Part shown: in pieces, positions 12,329 to 24,232 of the stretch
Numbering within the stretch: position 1 is the first letter of the stretch
Layout of the letters: each line of letters opens with the position of its first letter
NCBI GenBank assembly: GCA_977018835.1
Contig: OZ361256.1
Span: 3,100,001-3,164,000 of the forward strand
Direction: 5' to 3'
Length of the DNA: 64,000 nt
Origin: Minutocellus sp. GHC0000111
Taxonomy: Eukaryota
Notes under the pieces: model-generated
Seen by the model: the letters and a program-made list of their open reading frames with translations, nothing else
Database searches by the model: none
What the model was told of the DNA's origin: nothing
Translations under genes and position numbers: made by a program

Positions 12329-13378
12329 ATGACCGGAGCCCTCACACTGGTCCGCTCTGCCTTTGGCCAAAGTGCCACCCTCTACGACGCACTGCACTGT
12401 GCCGATGGCAAGGATGCCTCCCAGGCAGGGCTCAAGAAGTGCTATCGTCGAGTGGCGCTGCGGTATCACCCTGATAAAGTTCCTGTGCGTCCCAACGGCG
12501 GTGTTGATCGCGACCAGCTGATTTAAACGTCTACACTCAAATTTCAGGCGGCATCGGCGGCGTATGAAGTGCTCTCTGACGCACGCCGGAGGGCCGTCTA
12601 CGATGACACCGGCGGCGTCGGTGTCGGCGGTGAGCACGACACGCACGACGGTCCTTCGTCATACCCCTCTGGCGCTGGCAGTTCCAAGGCAGAGCAGAAG
12701 CGATGGGAGGAGTTCTTCCAGTCCGTATTCAACGAGGTTCTATCGTCGGGAACCCTCCACGGTGATGCTGATAGCTACCGTGGATCCACGAAGGAGGCCG
12801 CTGATGTGCTCAAGTATTATGTCATGTGCAAGGGGGACATGGACAAAGTTGCCAATTGCATCATTCACGGTGGAGATGAAGGCGATCGGAAGAGGTGGAG
12901 AAGGGATATCATCAATCCAGCTATTGTGAGGGGTGATGTCGTTGATTACTTTACATGTGCCCCAAGATCGGCATTGGAGGATTCAGACGAGGATAGCGAC
13001 GACGACGCACCCCAACGCCTGAAAAGAAGAAAACTTGGAAAGAAGAACCAGAAGAAATCAGCGAAAAGACCCCCACCTGCGTCGCTTGTTGACACTGACG
13101 ACGAGGAAGACAGTGATGACGGGAGCAGAAGAAAGACCGGCTCATCATCATCAGTTGCCGAGGCCATGAGCAAGAAGGACAAGATGGAATATCGAGTCGC
13201 GAAGAAACGCAAAAAGAAGGCCGCAGCGGAAATTGAGGTTTCCAATATTATCAAAAGCAAAAAGTGGAGCGGGGTTGGTGGTACTGGCGTTGCCAAGCGC
13301 AAGTCGGGAACCTTCAATGAGACGTTGTTATCTCATTTGGAGAAGAAATATGCAAGCAAAGCGAAGCGAAGGAAGTAA
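12329..13378 (+). CDS. DnaJ/Hsp40 J-domain protein, DNAJC9-like; in-frame TAA at 12524-12526
   Basis: LYDALH...LKKCYRRVALRYHPDK...(*)TSTLKFQAASAAYEVLSDARRRAVYD forms a J domain in one frame across the stop. YRGSTKEAADVLKYY...KGDMDKV and the C-terminal LEKKYA resemble DNAJC9. Confidence 0.8.
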
Positions 13379-13395
13379 TATTGTTTGTGGCTAAA

Positions 13396-14505
13396 TTACT
13401 CAGGTTTCGCCACGGTAATCTTTCCACCATTGAAGGCAGCATCAGGATTCTCTGTGCTGTTACCAAAGACACAGCTACCACTGAAGCCTGGTACCCTCGA
13501 GAAGAAGTATACCTTATGCTCCCCGGGATCGTGGACAATGTTTTTACATCCAGTCCCTTTGCTGTCTGGCTGCTCGGCGTCGGGATAATAGTTCTCTTTC
13601 ATGTTTGGTGTATTTTTGGCTTCCTGCAACAATCTTGCATTGACTGCAGAAGCATTTGATGCCTTCACTTCGGCAAGAGCATCACCAAGAGTCGATACGC
13701 CCATTGGTCCGTGAGTCTGGTACCTCTTTTCATAGTAATCAATCATGAGATACAAAGCCTTCTTCAAAACAGGACTGCCCTTACTCGACGCTATGAAAGC
13801 CTGAAATAAATTATTTATACCGAATGGGTGTGCACCAATCTGACGCTTTGTCGCTTCAATTACATGTTCAGGTGGACATTTTCCCTGGCAATTAAAGAAT
13901 ACCGGCTTCTCTCGGCAGGATGCAAATGTAATGTTGGGATCAAGGGACACTGGGACCACTACCCTCAAATCTATATCAAAGTAATACCCCCCTTCAAGAT
14001 AGAGCGCTGCAACTCTGCAAATATCGGCCTTGTAAGTTCCCGACGACTCCTGATCAAAATGCTGCACAAGACGCGGTTCCGCCTCCTCGATCCGTTCTCG
14101 ACATTCATCGTCCGTAAGAAAATGTACCGGGGCCTCGGGTTCGTTCCATAGTCGCCGGTACTCTGCTATTGTGTTCATAATGTTTTGGTAGATATGTGGC
14201 GGCTCGTGCGACTCCAGTACATTTTGTTTGTACGTCATGTAAATGGAATGAGGTATGGCGGGCGATTCTGCTGTCGTCGTCGTTCCGCCGTAGTTATCGT
14301 ATAAGTCTTGGGCTACATTTTTCACCGCTGTGACGGCGGCTACCTGACTTTCCTGGGCGTATTGCTTGAAATCCAAAATGACCGATTCGTATACAATCGA
14401 TACCTTTCCAATACCAAGGCCGATTACAAATGGGGTAACGGGGAAGCAGAGAAGGCGGCGAAGATCAAACTTGCTGCCTCCACGACCTTTTCTTGGTTCG
14501 CTCAT
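13396..14505 (-). CDS. DXD-motif glycosyltransferase (GT32/OCH1-like)
   Basis: IPHSIYMTYK, FLTDDEC, KADICRVAALYLEGGYYFDIDL, LFQAFIASSKGSPVL and GPMG motifs, plus an N-terminal hydrophobic anchor. Likely ATG at 14505. It ends 17 bp from the convergent DnaJ stop. Confidence 0.87.
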   Translation of the reverse strand: MSEPRKGRGGSKFDLRRLLCFPVTPFVIGLGIGKVSIVYESVILDFKQYAQESQVAAVTAVKNVAQDLYDNYGGTTTTAESPAIPHSIYMTYKQNVLESHEPPHIYQNIMNTIAEYRRLWNEPEAPVHFLTDDECRERIEEAEPRLVQHFDQESSGTYKADICRVAALYLEGGYYFDIDLRVVVPVSLDPNITFASCREKPVFFNCQGKCPPEHVIEATKRQIGAHPFGINNLFQAFIASSKGSPVLKKALYLMIDYYEKRYQTHGPMGVSTLGDALAEVKASNASAVNARLLQEAKNTPNMKENYYPDAEQPDSKGTGCKNIVHDPGEHKVYFFSRVPGFSGSCVFGNSTENPDAAFNGGKITVAKPE

Positions 14506-14512
14506 TCTTCTT

Positions 14513-14700
14513 GCACAGCGGGCGCGGCGGTGGCTTGGCTGGTTGTTTTGTTCCGCTATCTGCACACCAATTCCGGTCGCTATCGCTGGTGAGGTCGAGT
14601 TGAGTTTACTAGCACAGCGGGCGGTGACTTGGCTGGTTGTTTTGTTCCGCTATCTGCACACCAATTCCGGTCGCTATCGCTGGTGAGGTCGAGTTGAGTT
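14513..14700. repeat. Near-perfect tandem duplication of a ~90-95 bp unit just upstream of the GT32 gene
   Basis: gcacagcgggc...cttggctggttgttttgttccgctatctgcacaccaattccggtcgctatcgctggtgaggtcgagttgagtt occurs at ~14513-14607 and ~14612-14700. Confidence 0.9.
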
Positions 14701-14998
14701 GAGTTGCTTTGCTCTCTTCCAGCTTCCAGCCAGAAGATTCGAAGATATTTATGCCCTTCCCACTTTCCAATTCCCGTCAGCACCGGTTCGCATGACAGCC
14801 CAGGCAAAACCGAACCGAACCACAAGCAAGTGACTGAAGTGCGTGTTGATGATTGATCATGACCGATCTTTCGCCGCGCGCGTAAATAATCGATCGCAAC
14901 CAACCCGAACCGTTCAAAAACTGAATCGAATCGAATCGAGTACTCGGTGAGAAGTTAGCCCCACCACTACATCAGTCCATGCAAAGGAAAAAAGAATA

Positions 14999-16754
14999 AT
15001 GGCGACATCCCAACTTTCAACCAAACCCGACCAACGCTCACCCCAGGCTATTTACTACCCGGCCATTACGTGGGATTACTATCTGAAGATGGATCCGGAT
15101 CCAAACATGGGAATCGGTCTCGTAGCTCATCGAAATATTAAGAAGGGCGAGCTTGTCTTCGGTGACAGCATTGAGTTCATCTTCAGTGACGTAAGGGAGG
15201 GCGATTACTTGCTCCTGCAGGGCCACCGCAAGGCATCAAAGAAGAGCGGCACCAAAGTCCCACCCAAAATGCCCATAACGCGCGATATGTTGCTCCGAAG
15301 CCACGGCGTTCCAGCACTCGTCGGTGGAAAGATATGCTGGAGGCTGGAATCACCAGGGATGCTAATGAATCATTCTTGCGACCCGAATGTTGTTGACGAT
15401 TCGCACGACGCCTGTCGAGGAGAAGGATACGCCGCCAGGGATATTCGCAAGGGAGAACCTCTGACCTACAATTATGTCCTTCAGTACTATGACCACGGAC
15501 CACTCTTTGAGAAGTGCTGCTGTGGCTCTCCTAATTGTTTGGGCAAGATGTACGGTTTCAAGGATCTGAGCGAGGCGGACAAGGCAAAGTATCTCTCAAA
15601 GGTATGCAGTGTGTGTGTGTGTGTGTGTGTGTGTTCAGCGGCATCACGTCTTGACGATATGATCAACTTTGAATATAAGTTGATAAACTTCTTACCAACC
15701 CACAAATACACTTCCTTACATTACATACACAGGCAAGCACCGCCGTCCAGGCTCTTTACAAGGCCGATGTTGGAGAAGGGACGAGGCCAATGGAAGTTCT
15801 GGCCTACACCCCACCGCCTGCTTCTGTGGCCAATCCTGACAGAAACAACGCAACCCGGCTGGTTTTTTCAGGCCCTTCTTACGCTCTTGCAGAAGTTGTT
15901 GTGCGACAGAATGATGCCGGCGAATGGGCTCTATACGCCGAAAAAGACTTTGCATTTGGTAAGCGCGTCTACGAATTTTGGCGTTGTGACTGGCCATTCG
16001 GCGGACGCAGCCCCATCGACATGGTTGCATCGACCAAGCTCGGTAAATATGATCTAGCCGAAGGAACTGTCATCAACATCGATCCCCACCTGTGTGCCGC
16101 CAAGAAGGACCGATCTGGACATTACCAATTCTCTGGATTCGACCTATTTGCTTCACACTCCTGCAAGCCGAATCTGACGTACAACGACATTCACGAGGAT
16201 GAAGATGATGAATGGCAAGGCGCCTATGCTACTCGCGACATCAAGTCTGGAGAAGTGCTGACAATCGACTTTAATAGCGTCTTTTGGGATCGAAGCAGCA
16301 GCCTGGGTGCAAGAGAGTGTCACTGCGGCTCACCCAAGTGCGTCGGAACCAAGGCTGGATTCAAGGTACGTCGTATGCATTGTGAGGTTATGGTGTTATC
16401 GCAAATGGTGGGACAGTTACGAAATCAATGAGATGTACTTACTACTTTGTTGCTTATTCAATCCGATGTATATCGTAGTTCCTCCCAGCCGATGCCCAGG
16501 AAGAACGTAAGCTCATGACCTGGCGGCGCGTGCTACCGCCTTATGAGGGAGAGAAAGAAGCTGATACGAAATATCTTGGCATGGCTCTCACCCCACACGT
16601 TCGGGAGTCCTGGCGAGCGGATGGCAAGTTGGGATGCGACTGCCCTGATACTGCCCCTTCCAGCAGTAGCAGCAGTAGCAGCAGCGAGAGTAGTGATGAT
16701 AGTGAATCTTCAGACGACGATGGCAGTGATTCTACAGGTACAAGTAGTGAGTGA
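14999..16754 (+). CDS. Tandem SET + post-SET domain protein (putative methyltransferase), 3 exons: 14999-15601, 15733-16365, 16479-16754
   Basis: Module 1: GIGLVAHRNIKKGE, MNHSCDPN, AARDIRKGEPLTYNY, CCCGSPNCLG. Module 2: SHSCKPN, ATRDIKSGEVLTIDF, CHCGSPKCVG. Two phase-0 GT-AG introns join the ORFs in frame. Confidence 0.88.
15609..15634. repeat. (GT)13 microsatellite in intron 1 of the SET gene
   Basis: Directly visible. Confidence 0.95.
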
Positions 16755-16877
16755 ATAAGTGCCTTGTGTGCACGATATATATTGATCTCAAAGGATTATT
16801 TTTATAAAAAGATGTTAGTGCTTACGGTCGTAAGATGGCACGTTCCAGGCACGTTGCATGTCCAGACCTGGATCTGA

Positions 16878-17527
16878 TTAAGAAGCTGGGAACTCATCGT
16901 GCTGGGGAAGATGGGGGAACATGACATCCGGTCGCCCTTATCGGCAACAAAGATGTGGCACGTGGGCTTGATAGCTCCGTCGCCACCCTCCAGGGCACCC
17001 AGAGGAACGACGTTGAAACCGGGGCCGGCCGTCTTATAGACGAAAGCACCACACGTCTTGCACGTATTGCGAAAGATGCCCGGTTTGCTCTCGTACTTGT
17101 TGACATTATCATCGCCCTTGACAATGGCGATCTTGTCGTCATCCCACACGCCAAGTTGCATAGCCGCTCCTGTAAACTTGCGGCACTGCTGGCAGTGGCA
17201 CCACACGGCCAATTTCGGGTCATCGGTGACCTGTTTATCAAGAAGGGTATCAAGAAGGATCAAGAAGGATATCCAAATACTGGAAATTTATTGAGATAAT
17301 TCCTAGAGTATTGCAATGGAGGCACAAAAACCTTTGGAGCCCGTGGGTGTCAACAGTTCGAAACAAGCCATCGGCGCAGTACATGTAGCTGCTTTGCTGC
17401 TTTCGGAATCCCTACCCACCGATACTACAACTATGTACAGCTGCTGCCGTTTCTGATGCGGAAACATAAACAACCTTACCTTTCCGGAGAAAGATCCGCA
17501 GAGACAACTCCAAGTACGATCCGACAT
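16878..17527 (-). CDS. GFA/CENP-V (Mss4-like) Zn-binding protein; exons 17527-17480 and 17230-~16878; apparent 1-nt frameshift near 16930
   Basis: MSDRTWSCLCG | CHCQQCRKFTG...RNTCKTCG...PTCHIFV matches the CxCG, CHCxxC, CxxCG pattern. The shifted frame gives a family-like end, DVMFPHLPQHDEFPAS*. Confidence 0.85.
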
Positions 17528-17710
17528 GGTTCTCTTCGCTCGACGAGATTAACTGAAGCAAGCAAAGGTGCCATGGTGATTGATTTTCACAACCCCGAAT
17601 CATCCTTTGGTTCACGCACCGGCGCGAACAACCGCAAAACAGGCAGAGAAAGAAGCCGAAAGCAAGTCAAGGCAGCCAAAGTCAAGCCAAGCCAAGCCTC
17701 GTTACAGTAC

Positions 17711-18013
17711 ATGGCCGCGCCATTATTCGCATCAACAAATCCACATCAGCGCACTATGATTGGCGGAGAAGAAGAGGTAACATCTGCTTACACATTCGCC
17801 CAGCGCAAGGCGCTGTCCATCACACCGCATGTCACCGGATTGATTTCCTTCCTTGGATCCGCATTCATTGTTGTCGAGGTACTTCGGGATCGCAACAAGA
17901 GAAGCCAAATCTACCATCGATTAATCCTTGGCGTATCAATAACGACCTTGGTGTCGTCAATTTTCTTTGGTCTCTCTACGTGGCCGATCCCAGAGGGCAC
18001 GGCGCATGTGTAC
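17711..18013 (+). pseudogene. 5' fragment (TM1-TM2) of a 7TM/GPCR-like receptor (Git3/cAMP-receptor-like), truncated
   Basis: QRKALSITPHVTGLISFLGSAFIVVEVLRD...IYHRLILGVS...FFGLSTWPIPEGT resembles the N-terminus of diatom 7TM receptors. Similarity stops abruptly at ~18013. Confidence 0.6.
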
Positions 18014-20193
18014 CGTGACGACAGAACGGACAGGATGTCAGGTGGAGGAAATTCCACAATCGGATGCCTTGTTTGCTGATTCGTTCGAGGCAGCGGCATA
18101 CAGTGTACCGACGACAAGTCCGACCGATGCACCGACGCATCGTCCCACGGTAAGCACAAAGCCGTCGGTGGGCCCTAGTTTGTCGCCGTCGAGTCAGCCA
18201 ACGAAAGTGCCCAGCGCTGCGCCGGTTACTGACTCGCCTTCATCTCGACCAAGCGCTGCTCCGGTGACCGATAGCCCTTCATCTCGACCTAGTGACGCGC
18301 CGAGTGAAGTGCCGACGCCCGAGCCAACCCAATTGCCAACGACATCACCAACAAATACTCCCACCGCCATGCCGGTGACGGATAGTCCTTCATCTCGGCC
18401 AAGCACCATGCCGGTGACTGAATCGCCTTCGTCTCGACCAAGCGCCATGCCGGTGACTGAATCGCCATCATCTCGGCCAAGCGCCATGCCGGTGACTAAT
18501 AGCCCTACAGAAAGTCCTTCTGCTTCCCCGGTAACGCCACAGCCGTCCAAGAATCCAACCTCGTCGCCTACCATCACAAGCAGTTCCAGTCCATCTGAGG
18601 CACATTCTAGCAGCCCGTCTTCGTCTCCTACGAGCCAACCAGTAACTTCTAATCCCACAGCGTCGCCCACAGTAACGAGTAGCTCCAGTCCTTCTTCGAG
18701 CCCAACGCTGACAGCATCAAATAACCCGTCCTCATCGCCATCGCATGCTCCAGTTACTTCTGACCCTACGATATCACCGACTGCAATTCATTCTGACAGC
18801 CCATCGTCTTTGCCTACATCCTCGCCGGTGACTCCAAATCCTTCGGCGTCCCCCACAATAACGAGCAGTTCAAGTCCATCTAGCACTCCTTCTGCAAGCC
18901 CAACTCTGACAGCATCGAGCAGCCCGTCCTCATCACCGACGGATCAACCGATAACGAGCGATCCCACGGCATCGCCCACAGTTACCAGTAGCACGAGTCC
19001 ATCAGAAGTCCATTCCGACAGCCCCTCGTCCTCACCGACGTCGTCGCCGGTGACGTCTAATCCAACGCCACTGCCCACAGTCACCAGTAGTGCAAGTCCA
19101 TCTGTGACTGCCTCTGCACGTCCGTCTGTCACGGCGTCGTCTGAGCCATCCGTGACGAGTTCTTCGGAACCCAGCTCGGTACCCTCGGTCGTCGCGTCCA
19201 ATGCCCCAGACGGCCGCGCCAGTCACTCCCAACCCGACCGCATCGCCGACTGTAACTAGTAGCACTAGTCCATCTGTTACAGCTTCGTCCGAACCGTCAA
19301 TCACTGCATCTTCTGAGCCATCGGTTACTGCGTCTTCTGAGCCATCAGTCATGGCCTCCTCTCCGCCGTCGGTCACTGCGTCTTCTGAGCCATCGGCCTC
19401 GCCAGAATCGTCACCCAGCTCGTCGCCCACTGTTACCAGCAGTTCAAGTCCGTCATCAACCCCTTCTGGAAGCCCGACGCTCGAGCATAGCTCCGTACCG
19501 AGTCCAGCGCCCTCTACTGGGCCAACAATTACCTTGAGTTCTCTTCCGAGTAGCATCCCTTCGGTAGTACCAACAACAAGCCCCACGTTTGCGCCCACAT
19601 CTTCACCAACAGTCACAGCTTCCGATGAACCCTCGTCTAGTCCAAGTGCTGCCCCGACAACTCCAGATATCATTTCGGATTCTGTAGGGTGCAAGGATGT
19701 GCCATTGACAATCGAATGTCAGGCAGAAAAGATGGATGGGACCTTGGTGGACTGCAGAGATCTGCAGAATATGGCCATTGTCGATGAATTTTTGCATATC
19801 AAGTGGATATATAGCATTACCAACAACTGCCCGCACCCTCGGACGCTGGCTCGGCAGCACATGACATCGTGCAGCCTCTGCATTCCAGGTGGTCTCCAAT
19901 GTAACAAGGGTGCGAATTTGTTTCCCCCTAAATCGAGATCAGAGCGATATTTCACGCTGCAACCAAATGAAAGTGAAAGCCAAGTGGAAGAGGAGATTGT
20001 GCTAATGAACAGTCCTAACCCATGCATGTATTCGCGTGATGTTGTCATAAGAGTACGAGGGTCGGCACCGACAAGTGCGGGATCATTTGCTACAGATCTG
20101 AAATACACTTGGGTTTCTCCTCCAGGCGAGAGTCGGACTGTTCAGACCAACAACATTGTTGGGAGAAGTAGAGATCAAGACACCAATGGTTGA
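18006..20193 (+). CDS. Pro/Thr/Ser-repeat mucin-like protein with a Cys-rich C-terminal domain (paralog A); 5'-truncated, frameshift near 19208
   Basis: 39-bp repeats (PSAAPVTDSPSSR). The C-terminal domain GCKDV..IECQAE..VDC..KWIYSITNNCPHPRTLARQ..CSLC..C..CMYSRD is shared with 20409-22022. Confidence 0.75.
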
Positions 20194-20408
20194 AGAAGAT
20201 AGTGTGTCAATTCTGCGCCTTATTCGGATGGCTGTAAAAATGAAGGCAACAAGGATTGAACCGAGCAATCCGGCGTAGCTTTGCATTCTGTACAAAAGCT
20301 CTCAATGTATCATTAACTCTATAATTATCTATTGCCAAGCCAAAAACATTTCACATAGCAATTGCACATACATGGTCTCCACTTCCAACAGCTCACGGTA
20401 CTATACAT

Positions 20409-22022
20409 CTACTTCTTTGGTCCAACAAAGGTCAGCTTCTTATCGGCTGCAAAGCTGCCGGTACTGGCATCTCCTCCTTTGATCCGTAGGACAATGTCTC
20501 TTGAATACAAACAGGCAGAATTGGTGGTCAAATCGAGAGTCTCTTCTTCGGTTTCCACAGCACTTTCGCCGGGGGCGAGCGTCACCTTGCGATCCTCCGC
20601 AGATGCTGGCCTGAATACAACCGACGCCTTTTTACAATCCAACCCAGCCGGCATGCAAACGGAACAGCCGGACATACTCTGTCTTGCCAACGTCCTCGTG
20701 TGAGGGCAGTTGTTTGTAATGCGATACTCCCAAGTAATTTTGAGGAAATCGTGGGTGACCTGCGCAAACTGAACCGCCGCACAGTCCACAATGAATCCAT
20801 CCAAAAGTTCCGCCTGGCAGGAAATGGTAAAGTCGACGTCCTTGCACCCTTCCGAGTCAGATATCACGTCAGCTACTGATGGCATGGCCGTTGGCTGGGA
20901 CGTAACGGGCTTGGCAGATGGTGCGTCGGTTGGTTTCGATGTACTGGGTGATGCAGAGGGGCTGGTCGACTCTGTCACTGAGGGACTAGTGGAGGGCTTG
21001 CCCGATGGTCTCGAGCTGGGAATTTGCGTCGGCGTAGGTGTTGGAGATAATGACGGACTGCCGGATGCGACTACAGTGGGAGCGGAACTCGGCAATGATG
21101 ATGGGCTACCAGAAGCAGTCTCGGTTGGCGACGAAGTTCCTGGAATCGTTGGGATGGCGGATGGGAGTGACGACATGGTCATAGTAGGCGCATCTGTGGG
21201 CGTCATTGTTGGGTCTGGTGTCGGTGATAAAGTAGGTGAATTTGATGGGCTGTTGCTTGCCGTCACGGACGGGCTGGTACTGGCAGTTGCGGATGGACTA
21301 GCACTGGCGGTAATGGTGGGCAATGCAGTGGGCTGTGCTGTGACTGGGGCACTTGAGGGTCTTGCGGATGGAGTCCCCGTGGGGGGTGAGGTCACTGGAG
21401 CGTTTGAAGGCCTGGCAGATGGAGTTCCGGTCGGCACATGGCTAGCAATCTTATCGAGTGACTCGATACTGTACAGATCGTGGACGTTACATCCATCTAC
21501 ATCCTTGAAGAGTTCAACAACGCCCTTGTACACGAGGATATCATTGATCCAAGCCCTGGCGACGACGGATCCTTCGCCAAAGTAGGTCTTGGTGCTGATT
21601 CCTCCATCATCACCATCGTCGCCACTGTTGGGCAGGCAGATCACATCTCCCTCGACGGCATCGACATCTGCGTAGTAAAGATTCGATCGGTCGCCCCAAT
21701 CCAATTTGATATGATGCATGTGTGAGTTTTGTGCTGTGAAGCAGGCCTTGGCCTGATGGATCGCAGTAAAGGCTACAAATGTGCCGGTACCACCAGGCTT
21801 TGAGCATTGGAAGGACACCAGACCGGCATTGGTCGGCGAGGCGTCGTCGATGGCATCAGCCGTGGCCACTGTGCCAGTTGGAGCTGCCACGGCAAAGATC
21901 CCCACCGCCGAGGCGGCGACAGTGGCGAGAATCCCTCGTCGTCGACCATGACGAGCATCTTGTTGTGCTGATTGCCGTTGATGGCACCGGCGGGTCGTCG
22001 TCGCCGTCGTCATTGCCGTCAT
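20409..22022 (-). CDS. Secreted Pro/Thr/Ser-repeat protein with an N-terminal Cys-containing domain and a Cys-rich C-terminal domain (paralog B)
   Basis: Intact 537-aa ORF with a hydrophobic leader (ILATVAASAVGIFAVAA) and PT/PS repeats. C-terminal GCKDV..ISCQAE..VDC..TWEYRITNNCPHTRTLARQ..CSVC..CLYSRD. Confidence 0.85.
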   Translation of the reverse strand: MTAMTTATTTRRCHQRQSAQQDARHGRRRGILATVAASAVGIFAVAAPTGTVATADAIDDASPTNAGLVSFQCSKPGGTGTFVAFTAIHQAKACFTAQNSHMHHIKLDWGDRSNLYYADVDAVEGDVICLPNSGDDGDDGGISTKTYFGEGSVVARAWINDILVYKGVVELFKDVDGCNVHDLYSIESLDKIASHVPTGTPSARPSNAPVTSPPTGTPSARPSSAPVTAQPTALPTITASASPSATASTSPSVTASNSPSNSPTLSPTPDPTMTPTDAPTMTMSSLPSAIPTIPGTSSPTETASGSPSSLPSSAPTVVASGSPSLSPTPTPTQIPSSRPSGKPSTSPSVTESTSPSASPSTSKPTDAPSAKPVTSQPTAMPSVADVISDSEGCKDVDFTISCQAELLDGFIVDCAAVQFAQVTHDFLKITWEYRITNNCPHTRTLARQSMSGCSVCMPAGLDCKKASVVFRPASAEDRKVTLAPGESAVETEEETLDLTTNSACLYSRDIVLRIKGGDASTGSFAADKKLTFVGPKK

Positions 22023-22566
22023 TGTTCCTGCCTACCGGTACATGTATTGTACTTTGGGGCAAATAAGTGGCGATAATAAATGGGATCGATCCGGCAACTT
22101 CGTCTCTTGCAACGACATGTTCATTCGTCCAGATGAGAGGATACCAACTGAGGGCCGGTGGCGGGCTTTGCGTTTGTAACGAGAATTCAACAAAGATTTT
22201 ATGGTGTACGTACTGAAGCACGTAGAGATATGGAGTCGAGCAAGTCAAAATAAATGACTGATGAAGGCATGACGTCCCAGAAACCCCCTTGACAGAAAAA
22301 TGCCGAGCAAAACGCTGGAGGAGCAGTCGCCGCCACAATGTTGGTCTTGGTTGTGTACCACTGCTACCGGCACCGCTGTGAGCCCAAGAACACAGGAAAG
22401 TTGAGAGCAGATACGGCGCGTTCATACCTCGGACAGTGTCATTTGTACGCAGTGACCTGCTGGACGAAGCACAAAAACACGAGTGAATTCCAATCCCATT
22501 CCTCTGCCTGTGTCTTTGTCTCGCTCACGTGGCGCACCCACGTCGTCGTGAATCTCCCAACCGAGA

Positions 22567-23709
22567 ATGGTGAATCTCATCGAATGCCTGACCATGGCCG
22601 CCAGCGCGGCCGCTGTGGCTACCGGTGGTGGTACCAACGATATCTATGTGACATCTGACCCAGCGGATGCTCTTGTTGGTGATTCATCCGTGGCACTGGG
22701 CGACGAATCTCTCGCGTTCGCCGATGCTGCCTCGGCGAACGCCATTAATTATTACAACAATTCCTCCTCTCCGGACACGGTATCGCAATGTCTCTCCACC
22801 TGGCTGATCAAGACGCACACACACTTTCACGGATCCGAAGATCTGCACCTGCCGTGGTACTTTGGCGCCTTGTGTTGGAGCTATGCTCTTGGCGGTGTAA
22901 TGATGTTCGTTGTTAAGTCCAAGTGGACGAGAACCAGCAGCTTCCCGTATCGGCTGATGGCATGGAGTCTCATCCTGCTGCAGTGTGAGTGATGAGTGGT
23001 GGGATTGGGGATTGGGTGTTTGTATGGGCATTTGCCTCTTGCAGGATGCGTGTGTTCGCTGCCGTGCTGGTATCTTTGGCAGAAATGTGCGTTCAACTAA
23101 CGAGATTCGTCATCCCCTTCTCACCTTCTTTTCTATTTTATATGAACAGCCCCGTTATCGTTCGCCGCTGACTACCTGTCCATGACTGCCGATAGCTACA
23201 TCCACACGGCCGATCGGCTCCTGGCATGTCCCATGATGGTATTTGAGATATGCAAGGCCTTGACAATGTTTCCACACGTTCGATTGGGAACATTTGGTCT
23301 ATACGTTGCCTCGGTTGCCTTTGCCATCTTCTCATTCATCCAGTCCAGCCACGCACAGGAAAACGTCGATGCTGACGCCTTTGTCTTTTGGCACAATTGC
23401 TGGCACGTCTACCCGCTGCTGGTCTCGGCCATTATGGGTTTCGATTACTTTGTACTGGGAGAGTACGATCGTGAGGCCGTTGCCAAGGGTGCGGTTGGTG
23501 GGGAAGTAGTCGATAAGGCCAAGGCACGAAGGCCGCTATCGGCCGTCGTCATGGAGCAGGCGGACGCTGTCGCCAACAGCAATACTAGCCGAAGCACCCC
23601 ATTGAGAAGAACTAGAACTTCAACGACGCCCTCGAGCGCTACGCCGTTGCGACGCTCAGCAAGGTTACGGCTGAGAACTAACGCCCACGCCATCACCGCT
23701 TCCTCTTGA
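22567..23709 (+). CDS. Multi-pass membrane protein, CREST-superfamily-like (ceramidase/PAQR-type); exons 22567-22984 and 23150-23709
   Basis: A GTGAGT...AACAG intron joins the ORFs in frame (LQ-SPLSFAADYLSM). Several TM segments, HTADRLLA and WHNCWH (HxxWH) motifs. Confidence 0.65.
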
Positions 23710-24232
23710 ACATATCATATCAAACGGATGGCCTCCAATTTTGAATAACTTTCGCTGTACATATCTGGTCGTTTTCTCAGCAATTCTCAGGACGAAATAG
23801 CGAGATAAGACTCCTCTATAGCACGTATTACTAGCCTACTATGTAAAAGACATTGCATACTGCACGCAGACTTGGTGTCTAAACTACCATGGGCGCCGGT
23901 AAAAAATGACTTCGAGATTTGAGCTTTGATGGGCAGACGGACAGACCAAACTTTTGCGAGCAAGCCAATCCGATGTGCGATTTGTGTTTGTCTCCCTCAT
24001 TCTGAGAGAAGCGTTAAAAAAGCGATACTGGCGCCAGCCGTTGTTTTCTGCGGCACAGCGCTACAACCGAGGGCTACGTAGGCTACAATTGGATCCCAAA
24101 CGAGAGAAGCAGCAAGAGAGAAACCATGCGGCAGCACAAAAGTAGCGAGGGCTGATAGCGGCATAGAGCTACATCCACGTTTAGAGCTGAAGAAATCTTC
24201 CAAAAGTAAACAGCAGATCTCGTGCTCCAATA

